14,638 nucleotides of DNA from Desulfobacterales bacterium (lineage in GTDB: Bacteria > Desulfobacterota > Desulfobacteria > Desulfobacterales > UBA5616). The translations under genes were made by a program, and so were the position numbers. Location of the stretch: assembly GCA_046483495.1 (NCBI GenBank), contig JAWODC010000025.1:1-14638 (forward strand). Reading direction: 5' to 3'. The notes below the pieces were generated by a model. The model worked only from the letters and a program-made list of their open reading frames with translations, was not told the DNA's origin and searched no databases. Shown piece by piece: positions 8,160-14,638 of the stretch. The stretch's first letter is position 1. Each line of letters begins with the position of its first letter.

Positions 8160-8882
8160 ATGAAAAGCAATCCGGAAAGCCGGTTCCGAAGATCTCATGC
8201 TGTATTGGCGGTTTGCGCAATCGCCCTTGTAATCTTGGCACTTGTTTGGATTTTACCGGTTAACCGTTACCTGGCGGCACTACTTAATTGGACCGAGGGT
8301 CTGGGCTTCTGGGGACCACTGGTCGTCATTTTGACATATATCACGGCCACCGTACTTTTCCTGCCGGGATCCGTTCTGACCCTGGGCTCCGGGTTTCTGT
8401 TCGGTGTTCTGATGGGAACCGTATGGGCCTCCATCGGAAGCACATTGGGAGCGGCGGCTGCATTTCTTGTCGGCCGCACGGTAGCTCGCGACCGGGTGGC
8501 TAAAAAAATTTCCGGAAGACCTAAATTTGGCGCCATCGATGAGGCCGTAGGAGAAGAAGGTGCAAAAATTGTTTTCCTTACCCGGCTGAGCCCCGTCTTT
8601 CCTTTCAATTTGCTTAACTATGCCTTTGGTCTCACCAGGGTCTCTTTCCGGCACTATTTTTTTGCTTCCTGGATTGGAATGCTGCCGGGAACGCTGATGT
8701 ACGTGTATCTGGGTTCGGCTGCCCGTTCACTGGCCCAAATTGCAGCCGGCCGTGTGGAGGGTGGGACTGCGCAAAGAATTTTTTTCTGGATGGGACTGGC
8801 GGCAACCGTCGTAGTGGCGGTTCTGGTGACACGGATTGCAAGGCGGGCTCTGAAAGAGAAAATATCTGACAAGGAAGCGTAA
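8160..8882 (+). CDS. TVP38/TMEM64 (DedA/VTT superfamily) membrane protein
   Basis: FLPGSVLTLGSGFLFG, GSTLGAAAAFLVGR, IVFLTRLSPVFPFNLLNYAFGLT, SWIGMLPGTLMYVYLG, plus several hydrophobic helices. Start at ATG 8160 after AAGGAAG; ATG 8139 is an alternative. Confidence 0.9.
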   Translation: MKSNPESRFRRSHAVLAVCAIALVILALVWILPVNRYLAALLNWTEGLGFWGPLVVILTYITATVLFLPGSVLTLGSGFLFGVLMGTVWASIGSTLGAAAAFLVGRTVARDRVAKKISGRPKFGAIDEAVGEEGAKIVFLTRLSPVFPFNLLNYAFGLTRVSFRHYFFASWIGMLPGTLMYVYLGSAARSLAQIAAGRVEGGTAQRIFFWMGLAATVVVAVLVTRIARRALKEKISDKEA

Positions 8883-9070
8883 TTATAATCATACACATTG
8901 GAAAAGGCGCCCGGCCAAGGATCAAAGGTTTCCATCGTGGTTCAACACACTCTACTCGATTTGCTCATCATCATTGCATACGCTTGACTGGATTAGATAG
9001 AGAATGATTTACATACCAATGACTGCGAGTCCATAAACAATGTATTGGGGAATAACCAAAAGAATCGTAC

Positions 9071-9877
9071 ATGGATTTACGCCCCAAAATAAATATTTAT
9101 ACCGGTCGCAAACAGTTGTCGGTTGGATTGGCAGCGTATGTGGCTCAATTGGCGGCAAAAGCTTCCCAGGAGCGTGGGCGGTTTCATGTGGCCTTTTCGG
9201 GTGGATCGCTTCTCGACATCATCGCACCTGCTCTCAGTTCCAATCCCTTGCGCGACGTTATTGACTGGTCGACCTGGCATGTTTTCTGGGCCGATGAGCG
9301 TTGGGTACCGTTGAGCAGTCCCGACTCCAACTATGGAGTTGCCAAACGCCTGCTTTTCAGCCGCGTCAGTATTCCCGGTGGCCAGGTTCATACCATGGAT
9401 GATTCGCAACCTCCGAAGGAAACCGCAAAAACCTATGAATGCAAGCTGTTAAATATTCTTCTGCCCGGCGCCCACCAAATCCCACAATTCGATCTGATCC
9501 TGCTCGGCATAGGAGAGGATGGCCACACCGCTTCTCTTTTTCCGGGTCATCCGGCATTGAAGGAGACCCGGCGCTGGGTGGTTCCGATTTTAAACGCTCC
9601 AAAGCCCCCGCCTGTTCGCATTACAATGACACTGCCGGTGATTAACCATGCACGCAATGTAGTCTTTGTCGCCGCCGGGTCGACCAAAGGAACCATTATT
9701 TCTGACGTTCTCCATTCCAAAGATGAACAACCGAAGCTTCCCGTGCAGATGGTAAAACCGTCGAATGGTGAGTTGCATTGGTTTATCGATCGACCCGCGG
9801 CCGATAGAGCACATATAAATCCATTATTTATTGTTAAGGAAGTGCCGGCCGGCTCGGAAGAGAATGAATTGTCATGA
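9071..9877 (+). CDS. pgl: 6-phosphogluconolactonase
   Basis: VAFSGGS, FWADERWVP..PDSNYG, FDLILLGIGEDGHTASLFPG, PKPPPVRITMTLPVIN. The stop overlaps the next start (ATGA). Confidence 0.93.
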   Translation: MDLRPKINIYTGRKQLSVGLAAYVAQLAAKASQERGRFHVAFSGGSLLDIIAPALSSNPLRDVIDWSTWHVFWADERWVPLSSPDSNYGVAKRLLFSRVSIPGGQVHTMDDSQPPKETAKTYECKLLNILLPGAHQIPQFDLILLGIGEDGHTASLFPGHPALKETRRWVVPILNAPKPPPVRITMTLPVINHARNVVFVAAGSTKGTIISDVLHSKDEQPKLPVQMVKPSNGELHWFIDRPAADRAHINPLFIVKEVPAGSEENELS

Positions 9878-10158
9878 AAAAAATACTTGCAGCAGACACC
9901 TGGGCTGCGAAATTCTATGGCCGGGTTTGTCGGGATTATGCCCTTGAGATACTTGCCCGCGGCGGGTTGTACATTGCCGGTGGTGTGGCAGCCCGTAGTC
10001 CCGAAATGTTAAATCATGAAAATTTCCGTGAGGAATTTCTGGGTTCTCCGACTATGAATCATGTGCTTTCCTCGATACCTGTCTTTTTGATTGACAATCA
10101 GGACAGCGGCCTTTGGGGCGCCGCCTTTTACGGTCAACAGCTCCTGCAGAAAGGATAA
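9874..10158 (+). pseudogene. glk: Glucokinase remnant with an in-frame internal deletion (first about 8 codons fused to last about 86)
   Basis: MKKILAAD is the start of the phosphate-1 motif (normally followed by IGGT). It joins directly to WAAKFYGRVCRDYAL...GGLYIAGGVAA...IPVFLI...GLWGAA, the glucokinase C-terminus. 94 aa versus about 320-340 typical. Confidence 0.85.
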
Positions 10159-10164
10159 GAAGCA

Positions 10165-10287
10165 ATGGCGTATGCATTCTATCATTCGCACCTTTGCCAT
10201 GCCCACTGGATTTTTCATAATCCGGACACATTGATTGAAGTCGTCGATAAGATGATAGCTGAGCAGAGAATGGTAAATCGAGGATAA
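10165..10287 (+). CDS. 40-aa small ORF filling the glk-rpiA gap (mini-protein or deletion remnant)
   Basis: MAYAFYHSHLCHAHWIFHNPDTLIEVVDKMIAEQRMVNRG*. AAGGA lies upstream. It starts 6 nt after the glk stop and ends 1 nt before the rpiA ATG. Not in the ORF track. Confidence 0.4.
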   Translation: MAYAFYHSHLCHAHWIFHNPDTLIEVVDKMIAEQRMVNRG

Positions 10288-10288
10288 A

Positions 10289-10993
10289 ATGGCAGAGTCC
10301 AATCTTCTCTTAAAACAAAAGGCCGGTCATGCGGCAGTCGATTTTGTCGAGTCAGGCATGGTTATCGGCCTGGGTACCGGCAGTACGGCGGTTTGGGCGG
10401 TCAGGCGTCTGGCGGAATTGCTCAGGAAAGGAAAATTGACTGATATTTTGGCTGTAGCCACATCGACGGCGACAGATGAGGAAGCCAGAAAACTGGAAAT
10501 TCCGGTGACTACTCTGGAATCCTGTCCCCATGTTGATCTCACCATAGATGGTGCCGATGAGGTCGATCACGACCTCAATCTGATCAAAGGTGCCGGAGGC
10601 GCCCTTCTGCGGGAAAAGATCGTTGCTCAGGCCAGTGGGCGCCTAATCATCACGGTGGATGAATCAAAATTATCTTCGAGGCTTGGAAATAAACAAAGCC
10701 TGCCGGTGGAAGTGATTCAGTTCGGGTGGAAAACCCAAAAACAGTTCCTGGAAGACCAGGGGGCTGAGGTTCGGTTACGAGCCGGCCCAGATAAAAAAGC
10801 ATTTGTGACGGACCAGGGAAATTTCATCCTTGATTGTCTATTCGGACCGATCCAGGATGCCACAGGATTGTCGGGGCGGCTCAAAGCTCGAAGCGGAATT
10901 GTGGAACACGGCCTGTTTCTGAGGATGGCAACCGACCTAATTGTAGCCGGATACAAAGGGGTTGATTATTATTCAGCCCCCATCAGTTATTGA
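10289..10993 (+). CDS. rpiA: Ribose-5-phosphate isomerase A
   Basis: GMVIGLGTGSTA, DLTIDGADEVD, LIKGAGGALLREKIVA, LPVEVI, FVTDQGNFILD, GIVEHGLF. RBS GAGGA. Confidence 0.95.
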   Translation: MAESNLLLKQKAGHAAVDFVESGMVIGLGTGSTAVWAVRRLAELLRKGKLTDILAVATSTATDEEARKLEIPVTTLESCPHVDLTIDGADEVDHDLNLIKGAGGALLREKIVAQASGRLIITVDESKLSSRLGNKQSLPVEVIQFGWKTQKQFLEDQGAEVRLRAGPDKKAFVTDQGNFILDCLFGPIQDATGLSGRLKARSGIVEHGLFLRMATDLIVAGYKGVDYYSAPISY

Positions 10994-11038
10994 TCGATTG
11001 TCCATGATGGCGTTGGAGCAATATGTTGGATTAATGGG

Positions 11039-11321
11039 ATGACCATGACTAGCGGCAAAACCTTCACGATTGTAATTTTCGGTGCGTCCGGAGATCTGAC
11101 CCAGCGCAAGCTGATACCGGCGCTTTACAACAATTTCAGAAAAAACCGCCTTCCCGGAGGACTCCGAATCGTCGGGTTTGCCCGTCGGGACTGGCGCCAC
11201 GAACAGTTCAGGGATCATTTGGATACCGGCATAAAAGAATTCGGCACCGCTTTCGATCCAAATGTATGGTCATTCGTGGCGGATGGGTTGCTGCGGATTG
11301 CCCTGCCGCCCCAAGAACTGA
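11039..11321 (+). pseudogene. zwf: Glucose-6-phosphate 1-dehydrogenase remnant with a large out-of-frame internal deletion
   Basis: N-terminus TIVIFGASGDLTQRKLIPALY...IVGFARRDW..EQFR runs to about nt 11270. A different frame then reads GHSWRMGCCGLPCRPKN, resembling the Zwf C-terminal 'DGrsWr' tail, and ends TGA-TAA-TGA at 11319-11327. The catalytic RIDHYLGKE motif is absent. Confidence 0.88.
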
Positions 11322-11369
11322 TAATGAAATACATCATACAATACCATAAGAGATGGTAAAGGAATTATT

Positions 11370-12782
11370 ATGAAAGAAAAAGCTGATATAGCTGTTGTCG
11401 GACTGGCGGTAATGGGTGAAAACCTGATCCTCAACATGGAAAGCAGAGGATTTACGGTGGCCTGTTTCAATCGCACCATAAGCAAAGTGGATGCATTTAT
11501 CAACGGCCGTGCCGCAGGAAAAAATATCATCGGCTGCCAGAGCTTGGAAGAACTGATCGGCACCCTGAAACGACCCCGCAAAGTGATGTTCATGATTAAA
11601 GCCGGCCGACCGGTGGATGACTTAATCAAAGCGGTCACACCTCTTCTGGAAACCGGCGATGTGATCATCGACGGCGGCAATTCACATTTTATGGATACAA
11701 ATCGCCGTGTAGTAGATGCGCAACGTCAGGGGTTGCTGTATGTCGGCACCGGAATTTCCGGTGGTGAAGAGGGCGCTTTATTGGGACCCTCGATAATGCC
11801 TGGCGGGTCACCGGCCGCATGGGAGGTGATTCGGCCGATTTTTCAAACCATATGCGCCTTTACCGACGAAGGCGAACCCTGTTGTGACTGGGTTGGTGAA
11901 AGCGGTGCCGGCCATTTCGTAAAGATGGTTCACAACGGCATCGAATACGGTGATATGCAGTTGATCTGTGAAACCTACCAAATGATGAAAGAAGGGCTGG
12001 CGCTTAGCAATGAGGAGATGGCGACAATTTTCGCCGGATGGAACCAGGGGGTGTTGGATTCATATCTTATTGAAATCACGCAAAACATTCTCAGTCATAA
12101 GGATAAGAACGGTCGGGCAACCCTTGATCTGATTCTTGATACGGCAGGCCAGAAGGGTACCGGCAAGTGGACGGCCATCCTGGCCTTGGATGTGGGGCAG
12201 CCGCTGACACTTATCGGCGAAGCGGTTTTTGCACGCTTTCTGTCGGCGATAAAGGACGAACGTGTTGCGGCATCACAGATACTCGGCGGCCCAAACGCAA
12301 ATTATAAAGGAGACGAAACAACCAAAGACCTCGAACAGGCCCTGTACGCTTCCAAAATTGTCTCCTATTCCCAGGGGTACCAGCTAATGCGCGCTGTGGC
12401 GGCAGAGCAGGAATGGAATCTCAACTACGGAGGTATCGCCCTGATGTGGCGCGGCGGTTGCATTATCCGTTCGGCGTTCCTGGGCAGAATCAAAGAGGCG
12501 TTTGACACCGACCCCGGTTTGGTCAATCTTCTGCTTGCTCCATTTTTTCAACAGGCCATCGACAAAGCGCAGGCCGGCTGGCGTCGCGTGGCGGCTTTGG
12601 CGGTGCGCCTGGGCATTCCGACACCGGCGATCAGCGCGGCGTTGGCCTATTATGACGGGTATCGAACAGCCAGGCTTCCCACGAACCTGCTTCAGGCTCA
12701 GCGGGACTATTTCGGTGCTCATACCTATGAGAGGGTGGACAAATCCCGGGGGGTGTTTTTTCACACCAATTGGAAAGAGTAA
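11370..12782 (+). CDS. gnd: NADP-dependent 6-phosphogluconate dehydrogenase, decarboxylating (long type)
   Basis: GLAVMGENL, FNRT (NADP-type), IIDGGNS, GAGHFVKMVHNGIEYGDMQ, AGQKGTGKWT, MWRGGCIIRS, QAQRDYFGAHTYER. RBS AAAGGA; 470 aa, intact. Confidence 0.96.
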   Translation: MKEKADIAVVGLAVMGENLILNMESRGFTVACFNRTISKVDAFINGRAAGKNIIGCQSLEELIGTLKRPRKVMFMIKAGRPVDDLIKAVTPLLETGDVIIDGGNSHFMDTNRRVVDAQRQGLLYVGTGISGGEEGALLGPSIMPGGSPAAWEVIRPIFQTICAFTDEGEPCCDWVGESGAGHFVKMVHNGIEYGDMQLICETYQMMKEGLALSNEEMATIFAGWNQGVLDSYLIEITQNILSHKDKNGRATLDLILDTAGQKGTGKWTAILALDVGQPLTLIGEAVFARFLSAIKDERVAASQILGGPNANYKGDETTKDLEQALYASKIVSYSQGYQLMRAVAAEQEWNLNYGGIALMWRGGCIIRSAFLGRIKEAFDTDPGLVNLLLAPFFQQAIDKAQAGWRRVAALAVRLGIPTPAISAALAYYDGYRTARLPTNLLQAQRDYFGAHTYERVDKSRGVFFHTNWKE

Positions 12783-12794
12783 GGTGTAGTTTGT

Positions 12795-13508
12795 CTATAG
12801 TTCATAATACGGACTATTCCGCAATTGTCCCTTGTAAATCATCTGTTTATGAAACTCGGCGGCCATCATGATATATGAGCCGGAAAACTCTGCCAGGCTG
12901 TATTGACAGAGTAAAAGCCCCTTTTTCGGCGGGCGAAATAAAGTGGGCGTCTGCTCAAAGGTTTTGAGAGACTCAAAGCCCCACCCCTTTTTTACAGTCC
13001 AGATCATATCTCCCACCACTCTAAATTCATTGGCCTTTTCAGCAAAACCAACTAAATATGATATCATTTTATCCGGTGAATCCAATCCATCGGTTAACGT
13101 CAGTTGGCCATGTTTAAGCCAACTCCGTGCGGGAAACCCCTGTTGTTCCAATCCCGCAAGGAGTTTTCTGCCCCTTTCTGCAGGTATGACGGCAAGTAAC
13201 GCTTCATTCCTCTTAAACCCTTCTATCAGATAGGGCAGAGATACACTGAATGCTTCTTTTTCCCCTGAGTAATAGTGGGTCATGTGTGCACCATCAGGCA
13301 CCATCTTTCCTTCAATGCCTAATGGTTTCAGGTGGCAATTTTGCGAATCGTGAAGGAATTCCGTCAAATTTGCCATGTCAAAACGCCGTTCCCGCTTGCC
13401 TCCTATTCGATAACATTTTAATTTTCCAGAATTCGTCCAACGTCTTATTGTCATTTCAGAGACTTTCAGAAATCGCGCCGCATCTTTTATGTCCAACAAG
13501 CAGTCCAT
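12795..13508 (-). CDS. Excisionase/MerR-like HTH (HTH_17) + MEDS sensory domain transcriptional regulator
   Basis: LLDIKDAARFLKVSEMTIRRWTNSGKLKCYRIGGKRERRF (Xis-like HTH), then GAHMTHYY..PYLIEGFKRNE, FRVVGDMIW, LLCQYSLAEFSG..AAEFH (MEDS pattern). AAGGAG lies upstream. Confidence 0.85.
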   Translation of the reverse strand: MDCLLDIKDAARFLKVSEMTIRRWTNSGKLKCYRIGGKRERRFDMANLTEFLHDSQNCHLKPLGIEGKMVPDGAHMTHYYSGEKEAFSVSLPYLIEGFKRNEALLAVIPAERGRKLLAGLEQQGFPARSWLKHGQLTLTDGLDSPDKMISYLVGFAEKANEFRVVGDMIWTVKKGWGFESLKTFEQTPTLFRPPKKGLLLCQYSLAEFSGSYIMMAAEFHKQMIYKGQLRNSPYYEL

Positions 13509-13620
13509 CTATTTAATCTCACTCCTTTTATTAATGGGAATTCTTTTTTTAAGGCCGATCTTTCATAACCAACCTATTGAATTCTCGAAAGAATCTAAAT
13601 AATCAATGTGGCCGGGCCTA

Positions 13621-13700
13621 ATAAAAAGTTTATATTTCTTTTATTTTCTTATATTATGTTATTCATTTATAATATATTAATGTAAACATCAAGCAGCCAT
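13621..13700 (-). promoter_or_regulatory. Very AT-rich putative promoter/operator region upstream of the HTH-MEDS gene
   Basis: Almost pure A/T tract 110-190 nt upstream of the start codon, with degenerate 10-bp-phased repeats. Exact -35/-10 boxes cannot be assigned. Confidence 0.4.
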
Positions 13701-14007
13701 AGGGTTTAAAGTAAACTTAAATCCTCGACCGGCGAAAAGAGTCGGTAGGAATGATATTGATTTTTTTTAACGGAGGATGCCCAATTTTATTAATATCTCC
13801 ATCACAAGCTATCTCAAAACAAGCTTTTTCTCCAATCTCTTCGTTGGAGCCATATTTTAAGTCCTCAACATACGTAAACCTCAATGGGAGCGCCTTTATC
13901 TCAAGCATCTGAATCAAATACAGTGCGAAATGAATAAAAAAGGGATCAGGCGAATCAGTAACATTTTTTCATATCAGCAAACGTTCTAATAAGGAAAGTG
14001 CATATTC

Positions 14008-14172
14008 ATGGATTATAGACAAATGACCGCACCTTGCGGATTGGATTGCTTCAACTGCATCGTATTTTTGGCAAACGAGGATCAAGAATTGCGCACCTTC
14101 GTTTCAAAAGAATTAAATATTCCATTTGAAAAGGCGGTATGCAACGGATGTCGTAATGCAAATATGCCCTGA
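14008..14172 (+). pseudogene. 3'-truncated DUF3795-like Cys-rich protein (54 aa)
   Basis: MDYRQMTAPCGLDCFNCIVFLANEDQELRTFVSKELNIPFEKAVCNGCRNANMP*. It has APCGLxCxxC and CxGCR motifs and RBS AAGGA at 13991. The downstream Cys cluster typical of the family is missing. Not in the ORF track. Confidence 0.72.
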
Positions 14173-14526
14173 ACAGGCAATGAGCTATAGTAAACAGGCA
14201 TCTTTCAGCATGGCCGGCATAACACATACACACCAAAAGCTTGATCCATTAAAATGTGCATGGGGCTGTGCCGGGCTAAGTGGGCATCAGTATAAGATTG
14301 GAAATCGATCGGTAGGGACATGGGCATACAACGACCTGCCAAGGCCGACGAATATTTTTGAATTCTCAAAGAAATTCATTGAAGCTGACCGATCTCTTCG
14401 CCACTCCAAGGAGATTGCAGAAAACGTTATTTGCAACGGAACTGAATATTGCGGAAATTTCAAATCCGTTTTCACAATTCTCAAATAAAGATGAGCAAGA
14501 GCTATTGGGAATTTGATTTCCAGGGT

Positions 14527-14637
14527 CTATAAACTTATTTCCAAACTTTTAATTTCTCCGGTAAAATCAAATGGCACTTTGTATGTTTCAGAAATCGGTA
14601 TCCCGGTGTCAAATCCCACATCAAAGGTTTCATCGAT
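14527..14637 (-). CDS. 3' end of a long-type arylsulfatase (C-terminal LamG-like domain), partial at window edge
   Basis: The minus strand reads IDETFDVGFDTGIPISETYKVPFDFTGEIKSLEISL* (TAG 14527-14529), matching the 'DETFDVGxDTGxPV..Y..PF.FTG.I' tail of long arylsulfatases. Confidence 0.75.
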   Translation of the reverse strand: MDETFDVGFDTGIPISETYKVPFDFTGEIKSLEISL

Positions 14638-14638
14638 G

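Noticed and set aside
7646..8241. Short minus-strand ORFs in the P460/TVP38 intergenic region
   Set aside because: No motifs or convincing RBS; some overlap the TVP38 start.
11271..11359. C-terminal about 29 aa of the 106-aa zwf ORF as genuine Zwf sequence
   Set aside because: Out-of-frame read-through past the deletion junction.
13717..13917. 66-aa minus-strand ORF
   Set aside because: No recognisable family or RBS; possibly a decayed gene but unsupported.
14126..14488. 120-aa plus-strand ORF; also Sec read-through of TGA 14170
   Set aside because: The ORF has no motif and overlaps the better-supported DUF3795-like frame; read-through meets TAG after five more codons.
1..14638. CRISPR array, tRNA/rRNA, IS elements, riboswitch
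   Set aside because: No regularly spaced repeats, cloverleaf, transposase motifs or recognisable aptamer seen by eye; a covariance-model search was not possible.

Overview
Bacterial accessory region; gene content suggests an anaerobic deltaproteobacterium (Desulfobacterota-like), by inference only. It has four parts. (1) An arsenic-methylation/arsenosugar-type pair: a 5'-truncated ArsM-like methyltransferase fused to a Cys-rich DUF5714-like domain, then a fused TIGR04282+TIGR04283 glycosyltransferase. An SNF2-helicase fragment is joined directly onto the methyltransferase at about nt 110. (2) A minus-strand block: cytochrome P460-family gene, frameshifted short-type 6-phosphogluconate dehydrogenase, and a GH63/MGH1-like glycosidase. 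(3) A TVP38/DedA membrane protein and an oxidative pentose-phosphate operon (pgl, glk, small ORF, rpiA, zwf, gnd). Glucokinase and G6P dehydrogenase have lost their middles but kept both ends. (4) An Xis/MerR-like HTH + MEDS regulator, a truncated DUF3795-like gene, and the 3' end of an arylsulfatase. The dominant signal is repeated deletion scarring. Several remnants are missing from, or misread by, the ORF track.
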